Shown in pieces: positions 8,848 through 18,470 of a DNA stretch of 64,000 nt; within the stretch, counting starts at the first letter, position 1, and every line of letters begins with the position of its first letter. The translations under genes were made by a program, and so were the position numbers. The stretch lies in assembly GCA_014239265.1 (NCBI GenBank), contig JAAZZH010000004.1, positions 11,078 through 75,077 of the forward strand, in the 5' to 3' direction. Below the pieces are notes generated by a model that did not search any database, was not told where the DNA came from, and saw only the letters and a list, made by a program, of their open reading frames with translations. This DNA comes from Actinomycetota bacterium (lineage in GTDB: Bacteria > Actinomycetota > Acidimicrobiia > Actinomarinales > Actinomarinaceae).

Positions 8848-10476
8848 TTACACAGAGGCAAAAGAGTCTTTTGCGTGATATGAAGACCTAACAAGTGGTC
8901 CTGACTCAATATGAGGAATTCCAAAAGATTCTCCAATTGATTTATATTTTATAAATTCCTCTTTATCAACATATCTATGAATTGGTCTATGTTTCGCTGT
9001 TGGTCTCAAGTACTGACCAATTGTCACAATATCTACATTAATTTGCGAAAGATCTTCTAAAACGGCAATTACTTCTTCAAACTCTTCACCCATTCCAACA
9101 ATGAGGCCAGTCTTTGTCTTACCTAGGAATGCTGATTCTTTTGCATACTGTAATAACGAAAGGGATCGACCATATGATGCTGCAGTTCTTATTTCACGTT
9201 GAAGCCGTGGAACTGTTTCTAAATTATGATTTAAAACCTCCGGGCTTGCTTCAATAATGTTATCTATAGCCCCTTTATCTCCTTTAAAGTCGGGAATAAG
9301 TACTTCTACACTTGTTGAAGGGTTTAATCTTTTAACTTCATTTATTGTCTGTGCGAAAAAATTTGATCCACCATCTGGAAGATCATCCCTATTTACAGAA
9401 GTTATTACGGCATGTGTAAGCTCCATAGTCAGAACACTTTCTGCAACACGCAATGGTTCTAACTCATCAAGGTCATTAGGCTTCCCAGTATTAACATCGC
9501 AGAATCCACAAGCTCTGGTGCAGGTATCTCCCATAATCATGAATGTTGCAGTGCCCATAGACCAGCACTCATATATATTTGGACATGAGGCTTCTTCACA
9601 GACTGTATTTAGTTTTTTTTCAGAGATTAAGTTCTTTAAATCTCTGTAATCTTTTCCTAGGTTTGCTTTTACCTTCATCCATTCTGGTCTTTCAGGCTCA
9701 TTAGGCAATAATCCTTTTATGGTAATTGGTACAAGATTGTTATTTTTTTGAAAAACACCCTTATCAAGCATCTCATCAATTTCATGTTTTTTGTGTTTTT
9801 TAAGTTGGGTTGGAGTGAATTGTGACATTTGTATTCCTACATCTTTGTAGCCAAATTCAGCAACAAAAGTCTCTGTTATTTTATTAACAACATCATCAAA
9901 TGAAATATCTGTATTGAAAGTGTGTACTGAGGCTACTTTCTCCTCTTGATTTCCACATGGGTTTATGAAATCAAAGCCCTCAAGTTTATCAAAAATATTT
10001 AATGCGAAACCATGATATGTTGTCCATTTACTAACTTTTACTCCTATCGATGCGATTTTCCCTTCTGGAGTCCATACACCAGTATCATCTTCCTTTGAAA
10101 AAGCCTCTATACCAAAACTACTAAGAGTTTTAATTATTGTTTGCTCAAGACTTCTTACAAAAGGTATTACTTTCTTGGGATCTTGAAGTCTCATTATTGG
10201 ATAACCAATTAACTGGCCCTTGCCGTGAAAAGTTATATCTCCACCTCTATCGGTTTCAAAAAATTCAATACCTTTTTTTTCTAATTCGTCACTATCAAGA
10301 AGTAGGTTTTTTGTATCTCCTGTTCGACCGATGGTGATGACATTATTGTGCTCTAAAAGGAGTAAGTAATCATAAGGATTATTTTCACCTGCTACAGATT
10401 CTTTTAATCCCTTTTGTAGGATTAAAGCCTCAGAGTATGGAAGGTTTCCAAGCCAACGTACGTTAAGTTTTCTCAA
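8848..10476 (-). CDS. Fused octanoyltransferase (LipB) - lipoyl synthase (LipA)
   Basis: Single 542-aa ORF. The N-terminal half has LipB blocks (LLLLEHNNVITIGR, TDRGGDITFHGKGQLIGYPI, NPCG). The C-terminal half has the LipA clusters CEEASCPNIYEC and CTRACGFCDV (radical-SAM CX3CX2C). Confidence 0.85.
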   Translation of the reverse strand: MRKLNVRWLGNLPYSEALILQKGLKESVAGENNPYDYLLLLEHNNVITIGRTGDTKNLLLDSDELEKKGIEFFETDRGGDITFHGKGQLIGYPIMRLQDPKKVIPFVRSLEQTIIKTLSSFGIEAFSKEDDTGVWTPEGKIASIGVKVSKWTTYHGFALNIFDKLEGFDFINPCGNQEEKVASVHTFNTDISFDDVVNKITETFVAEFGYKDVGIQMSQFTPTQLKKHKKHEIDEMLDKGVFQKNNNLVPITIKGLLPNEPERPEWMKVKANLGKDYRDLKNLISEKKLNTVCEEASCPNIYECWSMGTATFMIMGDTCTRACGFCDVNTGKPNDLDELEPLRVAESVLTMELTHAVITSVNRDDLPDGGSNFFAQTINEVKRLNPSTSVEVLIPDFKGDKGAIDNIIEASPEVLNHNLETVPRLQREIRTAASYGRSLSLLQYAKESAFLGKTKTGLIVGMGEEFEEVIAVLEDLSQINVDIVTIGQYLRPTAKHRPIHRYVDKEEFIKYKSIGESFGIPHIESGPLVRSSYHAKDSFASV

Positions 10477-11753
10477 TTAAGATCATCTGCCCATGGATGG
10501 TTTTCTAATTTATCTTTAATACTATTTAGAAACAATAATGCTGTTGAACCGTCAAAAACTCTATGGTCCCAGGTAAGACTAAGAACTCCTGTATTTCTTA
10601 TAGCAATAGAATCAGATCCATCCGCAGACTCTATGACAACAGGTTTTTTCTTAATGGATTCTGTGGAAAGAATTGCTACATTTGGCTGATTAATAATTGG
10701 AGATGTAATAAATGAATTAAAAGACCCATTATTAGATATTGTAAATGTACTACCTGTCACATCCTCAAGTCCGTATTCTTTATTTCTGAGTATTGAAGAA
10801 ACTTCTGTAATCTTTCTTGCTAATCCACGTAAATTGAAGGAATCTGAATCCTTTATTGTCCCAACAAGTAAACCCTCTCTATTCAAGTCGACTGCAATGC
10901 CAAGATTAATAAAATCATGGAGGTCATGCGTATTATTTTCAAGATCGAATGAACTATTAACAACAGGGAACTCCCTCAAAGCATTAATGGTTGCAACGGA
11001 TATGAATGGTAAGAATGTTAAAGAGAAACCTTCTTTTTGCTTGAATTCACCTTTTACCTTATTTCTTAGAACTGATATATTTTCATAGTCCACCTCTACG
11101 GAAGTCATGACATGGGCAGAGGTTTGTTTTGAAAGAATCATATTTTCAGCAATTCTCTTTCTGAGCCTAGGAATGGATCCTGTTGAAGTTACTTTTTGTT
11201 TATCATTTTCTGAGGAAACAAGCTTTTCTTCTTGAGGATTCTTTTCGGGAACTGATGGTGCGGGTTCAGACTTCAATAAAGCCTCGATATCTTTACGTGT
11301 TATACGCTTATTTTTTCCAGTTCCAGTAACTTGTGTTAAATCGATACTGTTATCTCCAGCAAGCTTTCTTACTATTGGTGAAAGTTTTAAATCTTTAGGT
11401 GCTTTTGCTACTATGTCAGTTTTAGAGCTCTCTATGTTGGATGTTAAATCTTCTTTTGGTAACTCTACTTTTATGGCCTCCTCAACTACTTTTGCGGCCT
11501 CTTCTTTTATTGAGTCATCTCCACCAAGTTCCATTAGCCCGACTCCAACTTCAACTGTTTCACCCTCTTCTACTAGTAAAGAGGTAACTTTTCCTGAAAA
11601 TGGTGATGGGACTTCTGTGTCTACTTTATCAGTTGAAATTTCAAGTATCGGATCATCTTCTTTAACTTCATCACCCACAGAGACAAGCCACCTCAGAATT
11701 GTTCCTTCTGTTACCGTTTCCCCCAGCTGAGGCATTTTTACAATTTCACCCAT
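10473..11753 (-). CDS. Dihydrolipoamide acyltransferase (E2) of a 2-oxoacid dehydrogenase complex
   Basis: One lipoyl domain (..LEISTDKVDTEVPSP), a peripheral subunit-binding segment (SPIVRKLAGDNSIDL) and the catalytic DHRVFDG motif. Confidence 0.9.
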   Translation of the reverse strand: MGEIVKMPQLGETVTEGTILRWLVSVGDEVKEDDPILEISTDKVDTEVPSPFSGKVTSLLVEEGETVEVGVGLMELGGDDSIKEEAAKVVEEAIKVELPKEDLTSNIESSKTDIVAKAPKDLKLSPIVRKLAGDNSIDLTQVTGTGKNKRITRKDIEALLKSEPAPSVPEKNPQEEKLVSSENDKQKVTSTGSIPRLRKRIAENMILSKQTSAHVMTSVEVDYENISVLRNKVKGEFKQKEGFSLTFLPFISVATINALREFPVVNSSFDLENNTHDLHDFINLGIAVDLNREGLLVGTIKDSDSFNLRGLARKITEVSSILRNKEYGLEDVTGSTFTISNNGSFNSFITSPIINQPNVAILSTESIKKKPVVIESADGSDSIAIRNTGVLSLTWDHRVFDGSTALLFLNSIKDKLENHPWADDLN

Positions 11754-11757
11754 AGTT

Positions 11758-13764
11758 CTATTGTAATTCTTTAATAGCTTTTATAACATTTTCAACACTA
11801 GGAATAAAGCTATCTTCCAATACTGGTGCAAAGGGAATATGGGTATTTGGTGACGTTACTTTTACAATCGGATTATCCAATGTCCAAAACCCTTTATCGG
11901 CGACGAATGAGGATATCTCAGATGCAATAGAAGAAAATGGAACATCTTCTTGCAAAATAACCAGATTAGATGTTTTCTCAACAGATTTTAATATTGTTTC
12001 TTCATCTATTGGAAAAATACTTCTTAAGTCAATAACTTCAACTGAAATACCATCATTATTTATTGTTTCTGCAACCTCAAGAGCCGTTGGGACCATTCCT
12101 GACCAAGCTACTAAAGTTACATCTGATCCATCTTTAACAATGTTTGCCTTTCCTATCTCTACTTCATATAGACCTAATGGCACTTCCATTTTTAGATCAG
12201 GTTTTCTATACAATTTTTTATGTTCTAAAAACATTACTGGATTGGGATCATTGATTGATGCTATAAGTAGTCCTTTTGCATCATAGGGGTTAGCTGGTGC
12301 AACTACTTTTATACCAGGGTGATGGGCCAAAAGTGACTCTGGACTAATCGAATGAAAAGGACCCGATCTTGTTCCTGCTCCTGTTGGTCCTCTTACAACC
12401 ATGGGAACTGGCTTTCCAGCCTTCCAGAAATACTTTGCGGCTTCGGTAGTAATCTGATCAAGTGCTGGATAAACAAAATCAAAAAATTGAAGTTCGACAA
12501 TCGGAATTTTTCCATAAAGTGCTGCGCCTACTGCTGCACCCATAAAGGCACCCTCTGAAATTGGAGTATCTAAAACCCTAGATGAGCCATATTTTTCATG
12601 TAAACCTTTTGTGGCTTTGAAAGCTCCTTCAAATGCACCTATGTCCTCTCCCATCATGAATACATCTTTATTATTGTCCATAGCTTCATCGAGTCCATTT
12701 GTAATTGCTTCAATAACGTTCATAGTCTTAGTTTTCAAACCATCATTAGTAGCCACAGGTATCGATCTAGTTTCAAAGATATCTTGGATTTCTTCTTTAG
12801 GGTCCGGATCTTCCTGATCTTTAGCCCACTCTAAAGTCTCTCTAACTTCAGTTTCAATTTTTTCAGCCAGTTGGATAAAGTCTTCCTCAGTAAAAAGCTC
12901 TTCTCTAGATAGTGATTCTTCAAATCTCAAAACAGGATCTCTATCCATCCAAAAATCTCTTACTTCATCTCCAACATATTCTGCAGGATCATGGCCAGCA
13001 TGGCCGTAGTGTCTAAAGGTTACTAACTCTATTAGCGTTGGTCCTTTACCAGAACTTGCTTTATCACGTGCCTTATGCATTGCGTTAATAACTTCATATA
13101 TGTTATTCCCATCAATAATGACAGATTCAATTCCATATCCTAAACCTCTGTCTGCAACATTTGGGGTCCCAAATTCTGTTTCATTTGGAGAGGAATAAGC
13201 AAACTGATTATTTTGAACAGTGAAAATAATTGGTAGATTGTGAACACCTGCCATATTTATACTCTCATGCCAAGTTCCGGTTGCCGTTGCACCTTCACCA
13301 CAGTTTGCAACTGCTACGACATCATTGTCCTCAATCTGAGCTGTTAATGCCACTCCCACTGCAACGGGTGCTGAATCTGGTAATGGTGAGACAACCATTA
13401 ATGTTCCTTTGTCAACAACACCAAAATGACTGTTTCCGTCTCGACCTTTTGATGGACCATCTTTTTTACCATAAAAGTTAAGAGCAATTTCTTTAAGTGT
13501 TACCCCTCTATTTATTTGTACTCCTAGATCTCTATGTGTTCCTCCAAAAACATCTTGTGGTTTCATACCAGTTCCTATACCTGCCATTGAGGCTTCTTGG
13601 CCAATACCTGGATAGACGGCTCCAGAGAGTTGACCACCTTTATACATTTTTAAGAGTCTGTCTTCAAGAATTCTTTGAGTCTTCATTGATTTATAAATAT
13701 CCCAAAGTTCATCTTTTGATAAAGATGCAGAATGTCCAAGTCGTTCAATTTTCTTTATATCCAT
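11758..13764 (-). CDS. 2-oxoacid dehydrogenase E1 component, fused alpha and beta subunits (PDH/BCKDH heterotetramer type)
   Basis: 668 aa. The alpha part has the ThDP motif GEGATATGTWHESINMAGVHNLPIIFTVQNN. The beta part has the typical ..FMMGEDIG..GAFKATKGL..DTPISE.. blocks. Confidence 0.9.
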   Translation of the reverse strand: MDIKKIERLGHSASLSKDELWDIYKSMKTQRILEDRLLKMYKGGQLSGAVYPGIGQEASMAGIGTGMKPQDVFGGTHRDLGVQINRGVTLKEIALNFYGKKDGPSKGRDGNSHFGVVDKGTLMVVSPLPDSAPVAVGVALTAQIEDNDVVAVANCGEGATATGTWHESINMAGVHNLPIIFTVQNNQFAYSSPNETEFGTPNVADRGLGYGIESVIIDGNNIYEVINAMHKARDKASSGKGPTLIELVTFRHYGHAGHDPAEYVGDEVRDFWMDRDPVLRFEESLSREELFTEEDFIQLAEKIETEVRETLEWAKDQEDPDPKEEIQDIFETRSIPVATNDGLKTKTMNVIEAITNGLDEAMDNNKDVFMMGEDIGAFEGAFKATKGLHEKYGSSRVLDTPISEGAFMGAAVGAALYGKIPIVELQFFDFVYPALDQITTEAAKYFWKAGKPVPMVVRGPTGAGTRSGPFHSISPESLLAHHPGIKVVAPANPYDAKGLLIASINDPNPVMFLEHKKLYRKPDLKMEVPLGLYEVEIGKANIVKDGSDVTLVAWSGMVPTALEVAETINNDGISVEVIDLRSIFPIDEETILKSVEKTSNLVILQEDVPFSSIASEISSFVADKGFWTLDNPIVKVTSPNTHIPFAPVLEDSFIPSVENVIKAIKELQ

Positions 13765-15131
13765 TAGTGCAGTCCCTTTCCATTTAAAGATAATAATGAT
13801 TCTCCGACAGCCTCACTCAAAGTTGGGTGAGCATGTATAAATTCAGCAGCCTCATCTGGAAGTGCCTCCCAGCCAACCATGTACATTAATTCATGAATCA
13901 TTTCTCCAGCACTTGGACCACATATACTTGCACCAACTAAGGGGCCATCTTTTTGTGCATAGACTTTGACCAAGCCTTGATTCTGATTTTGTATCATAGC
14001 TCTTCCAATTCCTGCAAAACTATGTTGAGCTTGATTAATATCAATTTCCTCTAATTTTGCTTTATCAGAGTTCAAACCTACTTCAGCAAGCTCAGGATTT
14101 GTGTAAACAACATAAGGAATTGCAGAATAGTTAATTGGACTTGGATTTCCGGTTGCAATATAAGTCACTGCTGACATAGCCTCCGCAAAAGCCACGTGTG
14201 CTAATTGGGGGGAATTACTTATGATATCCCCTGCTGCAAAGACATTCTTAGTACCTATTACTTGCATTGTTTCAAGGTTGACGTCTATATATCCATTTTT
14301 TGTAGTAACAGAGATATCTTCTAAACCAATATTCTCAGTCAGAGGACTTCGTCCAATAGCAACAAGGATTGTATCAAAGTTTTCTTTTTCTCCATCTGAT
14401 AAAAGAACTTCTTTATCGGCAACGGAATCTATCGATGTGCCCATTTTGAAAGAAACGCCTCTTTTAGTGAGTTGTTTTCTTAACTCTCCAGAAGTTCTTT
14501 TATCAAGTCCTGGAAGTATCTCCTTTTCGAGCTCAACAACAGTAACGTTTGAACCGAGGTCTATAAGAGCACTTGCAAATTCACAACCTATGGCTCCAGC
14601 GCCGACAATACAAACATTTTTTGGTGGCTGCTCCCAATTAAGGGCAGAATCAGAACTTATGATAAATTCATTATCAAATTGTAAGCTTGGTAATTCTCTT
14701 GGTTTGCTACCAGTAGCTAGGAGTATGTAATCGGATTCTATACTTATTTCCGAACCATCTTCTTTTTTAACAAGGACAGACTGTTCATTTTCTATCTTAC
14801 CCCAGCCATTTATAACATTTACCTTTTTACTTTTAAGCAGCATACCTATGCCATTAACTAATCCCGAAATGATATCTTGTCTTTTTAAGGCTGATTTATT
14901 CCAATCTATTTCTGAAGTTTCAACTTGAATACCATAGTCAGAGGCATTGTTAATTTCATGATTGAGCTCTGCGAGGTGTAGCCAATATTTTGCAGGTATG
15001 CATCCCCTGTTTAAACAAGTCCCACCAAGAATATCCGATTCTACAAGTGTTACTTCAAGGTCAAAGTTATTCGCATAAAGAGCAGCTGCGTATCCAGCTG
15101 GTCCTCCGCCAATAATGGTTAATTTTTTCAA
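13764..15131 (-). CDS. lpdA: Dihydrolipoyl dehydrogenase (E3)
   Basis: GGGPAGY FAD motif, redox-active GGTCLNRGCIPAK, and C-terminal HAHPTLSE. Confidence 0.95.
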   Translation of the reverse strand: MKKLTIIGGGPAGYAAALYANNFDLEVTLVESDILGGTCLNRGCIPAKYWLHLAELNHEINNASDYGIQVETSEIDWNKSALKRQDIISGLVNGIGMLLKSKKVNVINGWGKIENEQSVLVKKEDGSEISIESDYILLATGSKPRELPSLQFDNEFIISSDSALNWEQPPKNVCIVGAGAIGCEFASALIDLGSNVTVVELEKEILPGLDKRTSGELRKQLTKRGVSFKMGTSIDSVADKEVLLSDGEKENFDTILVAIGRSPLTENIGLEDISVTTKNGYIDVNLETMQVIGTKNVFAAGDIISNSPQLAHVAFAEAMSAVTYIATGNPSPINYSAIPYVVYTNPELAEVGLNSDKAKLEEIDINQAQHSFAGIGRAMIQNQNQGLVKVYAQKDGPLVGASICGPSAGEMIHELMYMVGWEALPDEAAEFIHAHPTLSEAVGESLLSLNGKGLH

Positions 15132-15382
15132 ATTACCTCTTTCTAGATAGGGTTTCTATCAAATCGAGATAATAACTGTACTCTCTTCAGGGGTTCCCAT
15201 TAAAAGTAGTCAAAGTTATTGTCACTATTAAATCTAGTAAAAAAGAATACATTTACCAACTTAAGATACTCCATTAATTTGATAATATATACGTATGCAA
15301 ACCAGATTCTTAATTCTTTCATCGTTGCTTACTGGTTTACTTATCCTTGTGTCTTTTGGGGTTTGGCTAATAACAAATTAAT

Positions 15383-16345
15383 ATGAACAGTTTTGAAATG
15401 CCTGATGGGATTTACCATATCCCCCTGAGGCTCCCATGGGGCACACCAAGTAATGTGAATGTTTATCTTATAGAAGATCATGATGGATATGTCATGATCG
15501 ATTGTGGCGTAAACGGGTCAGAGTATCTTGATCTACTTAATGGTCATCTAAATGAGATTGGAATAAGGTTTAGTGATATTAAATTATTAATCGGTACCCA
15601 TATGCATCTTGATCATATTGGCCTATCTGGTAGCTTAAGGGAATTTGATATACCTTTCGCCCTTTACGAAAATAGTATTGAATATCTCAACGAATATAAT
15701 GACTGGTCGGTGAGATTTAAAGACTTAATTAGAATGGCAAAGAGTGAGAGTGCTCCTGTAGATTTTATTGATGATCTTAAATCAATTACAACACCAGTCT
15801 ATGCTGGAAAACTAACAAGGCCGGATGTTCTTTTATCAGAAGGCAAAATCACTTCACTTAAAAGAAAAATTAATGTTCTATTTACTCCAGGTCATGATTA
15901 CAGCGAAATATCTCTTCACGATGAACACTCAAGAATTATATTTTCTGGTGATCACATACTTCCAAGAATTACTCCATTCATTCCAGTACAAAATGAAGAA
16001 AGTAATCTCCTTAAGGGTTTTCTTGATTCTTTAGACAAGGTACATACAGTAGATCACGATATTATTGCTCCGGGTCATGGAAATATAATCTCAACACCTC
16101 ATAAAAGAATCGAACAAATGAAACTTCACCACCAAAGAAGATCTGATAAAATTTTAGAGTTTTTAAAAAAAAGTGATTTAACGGGTTGGGAACTTACTAA
16201 TCAATTATTTCCCAGAAAACTAGATTCATTAAATCTTAGACTTGCATTTCAAGAAACTTTAGCACACCTTCATTTATTACAATCTAACAATAATGTTTCA
16301 AGTAATTTTACAAATGGAATAAAAAAGTGGTCTTTAAGAAACTAA
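15383..16345 (+). CDS. MBL-fold metallo-hydrolase
   Basis: HxHxDH motif (GTHMHLDHIG) and later PGH../..GDH.. ligand blocks. 320 aa. Confidence 0.8.
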   Translation: MNSFEMPDGIYHIPLRLPWGTPSNVNVYLIEDHDGYVMIDCGVNGSEYLDLLNGHLNEIGIRFSDIKLLIGTHMHLDHIGLSGSLREFDIPFALYENSIEYLNEYNDWSVRFKDLIRMAKSESAPVDFIDDLKSITTPVYAGKLTRPDVLLSEGKITSLKRKINVLFTPGHDYSEISLHDEHSRIIFSGDHILPRITPFIPVQNEESNLLKGFLDSLDKVHTVDHDIIAPGHGNIISTPHKRIEQMKLHHQRRSDKILEFLKKSDLTGWELTNQLFPRKLDSLNLRLAFQETLAHLHLLQSNNNVSSNFTNGIKKWSLRN

Positions 16346-16545
16346 ACTGTCTTGTATCCCCTGTTTTTAGCTTCCTCTAAGGAATCTGGTGAAAAGGATT
16401 GAATTTTATTATTTTTCAACATTTCCTTTTCTTCAAATAGGGTTTCAAGTGTTTTGAACTGGTCATCATTGTCACAGTCGTAAACCTTCATATTTAAGCG
16501 ATTTCCTAGAAATCTATAATTTTCAAACCTGTTTAAACGACCCAC
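16342..16545 (-). CDS. Hypothetical 67-aa protein (or 49 aa from the internal Met)
   Basis: ORF starts 1 nt after the stop of the upstream acyl-CoA dehydrogenase, so coupling is possible. No recognisable motif. Confidence 0.35.
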   Translation of the reverse strand: MGRLNRFENYRFLGNRLNMKVYDCDNDDQFKTLETLFEEKEMLKNNKIQSFSPDSLEEAKNRGYKTV

Positions 16546-16546
16546 T

Positions 16547-17668
16547 TTATAAATTAATTAGTTCTGCAATTTTAGATCTTGCTGACTTCGAAGAACCAAA
16601 CAATAATGAATCAGATTTAGCTTTCTTAAAATATAAATGAGCCGGATGCTCCCAAGTAAACCCTATACCTCCGTGTACCTGAATATTGTCACCAGCTATT
16701 TTGTTGTACACTTCAGAACAATAAGACTTAGCTAATAATGAACTCATCTCTAATTCCGTGGCATCATCTATATCAATCCTTACGGAATTGTAAGCTAAGG
16801 ATTTTGCACTTTCGATTTGTAGTAACATGTTTGCACATATGTGCTGTATTGCCTGAAATGAACCAATAGGTCTTCCAAACTGGATTCTCTCTTTTGCATA
16901 GTTTGTTGACATCTCCAGACATGCCTGAGAACCTCCGACCTGTTCCATTGAAAGAAAGGCTGTAGCAATATTTTGTATTTTTTTCCAAGTACTTAGTTCA
17001 TCATTCATGACAATCATTATATTTTCAGAGGAAATAGCAACATCCTTGAAAGTAATTTCGGTTAATGGTCTTGTTTGGTCAAGGGATGGTGTATTTTTCA
17101 CATTCACACCCTTATCACTAGTTTCTACAAGAACAAATTTAAATTGATTTCCATCTTTTGCTAGTACTGCAATATAGTCAGACACATCACCGAACATTAC
17201 ATATTTTTTTGTTCCATTTAGCATCCAACCGTCTCCTGAAGGGGTGAGAGAAGTTTGAATACTTTCATTGTTAATTTCATATTTATCGGTCTCGTATATT
17301 CCGAAAGTACCAATTTTTTCTCCAGTTATAATTTCAGATAAGTACGTTTTCTTAATTTCATCACTTGAGTTCAAGAGTAGATGTTTAAACACAACACCAG
17401 AACTAAAAAGAGGAATAATTGGTAAATAATATCCTGCTACCTCAGAAAGAATTGAAGCATCGACAGTCGAAAAGCCAAGCCCCCCATCATCTTCAGCGAC
17501 ATCCAAGGCTAACCAACCCTGTTCATTTACTAGTTTCCATAAATCTAAATCTAATCGCACGTCTTCATCAACTTTTTTTATAGTATCCAAAAGATCTATT
17601 TGTTCAGATAGTAGTTTTTCCGCATTTTCTTTTATTTCTTTTTGTAAGTCTGTAAGTATAAATTGCAT
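16547..17668 (-). CDS. Acyl-CoA dehydrogenase family protein
   Basis: 373 aa with ACAD-like C-terminal blocks (..RIQFGRPIGSFQAIQH.., ..QVHGGIGFTWEHPAHLYFKKA). Confidence 0.8.
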   Translation of the reverse strand: MQFILTDLQKEIKENAEKLLSEQIDLLDTIKKVDEDVRLDLDLWKLVNEQGWLALDVAEDDGGLGFSTVDASILSEVAGYYLPIIPLFSSGVVFKHLLLNSSDEIKKTYLSEIITGEKIGTFGIYETDKYEINNESIQTSLTPSGDGWMLNGTKKYVMFGDVSDYIAVLAKDGNQFKFVLVETSDKGVNVKNTPSLDQTRPLTEITFKDVAISSENIMIVMNDELSTWKKIQNIATAFLSMEQVGGSQACLEMSTNYAKERIQFGRPIGSFQAIQHICANMLLQIESAKSLAYNSVRIDIDDATELEMSSLLAKSYCSEVYNKIAGDNIQVHGGIGFTWEHPAHLYFKKAKSDSLLFGSSKSARSKIAELINL

Positions 17669-17744
17669 TTCCTTAGTCTAATTTTATTTTTTATTTTTCG
17701 TATTGAAATATCGTTTGTTTTTATTAATAATTAACATGGTATGT

Positions 17745-18470
17745 ATGTTGAAAATTACAAACTTACACGCAAACGTAGAAGATACTCCTATTTTAAAAGG
17801 AATCAATTTAGAAATTAAGCCTGGAGAGGTTCATGCGATTATGGGTCCCAACGGATCTGGTAAGTCAACCTTATCTAATGTCTTAATGGGTAACCCAGTT
17901 TATGAGGTAACAGAAGGCACAATAGTATTTAATGGTAAAGATATTACTGAAGAACCTGTAGACAATAGAGCAAAAGAAGGAATGTTCCTGGCTTTTCAGT
18001 ATCCTGAATCAATACCTGGAGTAACAATTGTCAATATGCTAAAAACAGCTCTTACCAACATTGAAAATACTGACTATTCAACCCTTGAACTTAGGCTTAA
18101 GGTTGCAGATGCAATGAAAGACTTGGGTTTATCTCCAGATTTTGTTGATAGATACTTAAATGAAGGATTCTCAGGTGGAGAAAGAAAGCGTAATGAAATA
18201 CTCCAATTAGCCGTATTAAATCCAAAACTTGCCATTCTAGACGAAACTGATTCAGGATTAGATGTTGATGGATTGAGAATAGTTGGAGAAGGTATCAGCA
18301 AGCTGAGAACACCTGAAAGGGGCTATCTTATAGTGACTCATTACCAAAGACTATTGGAGTACATAACACCTGATTTTGTGCATGTATTTGTAGATGGCAA
18401 AATTGTAGAAACAGGTGGTAAAGAGTTGTCTGATAAACTAGAAAAAGAAGGATATGAATCCTACCAATGA
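17745..18470 (+). CDS. sufC: Fe-S cluster assembly ATPase SufC (copy 1)
   Basis: MLKITNLHA.. start is typical of SufC. The track ORF from TTG 17703 adds an implausible hydrophobic leader. Walker A GPNGSGKST, FSGGERKRNEILQ, Walker B LAILDETDSGLD, and THY..LL. Confidence 0.9.
   Translation: MLKITNLHANVEDTPILKGINLEIKPGEVHAIMGPNGSGKSTLSNVLMGNPVYEVTEGTIVFNGKDITEEPVDNRAKEGMFLAFQYPESIPGVTIVNMLKTALTNIENTDYSTLELRLKVADAMKDLGLSPDFVDRYLNEGFSGGERKRNEILQLAVLNPKLAILDETDSGLDVDGLRIVGEGISKLRTPERGYLIVTHYQRLLEYITPDFVHVFVDGKIVETGGKELSDKLEKEGYESYQ

Noticed and set aside
9257-9649. 130-aa antisense ORF inside lipB-lipA. Similar antisense or off-frame ORFs occur at 589-774, 2062-2250, 7023-7283, 10834-11088, 11413-11730, 12611-12817, 13230-13787, 14221-14730, 22874-23260, 24304-24690, 29836-30129, 35038-35355, 43692-44741 and 57443-58328.
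   Set aside because: Each lies wholly inside a CDS on the opposite strand (or in another frame) that has unambiguous family motifs. Their translations are Ser/Leu/Pro-rich mirror artefacts without motifs, SD sequences or independent spacing.
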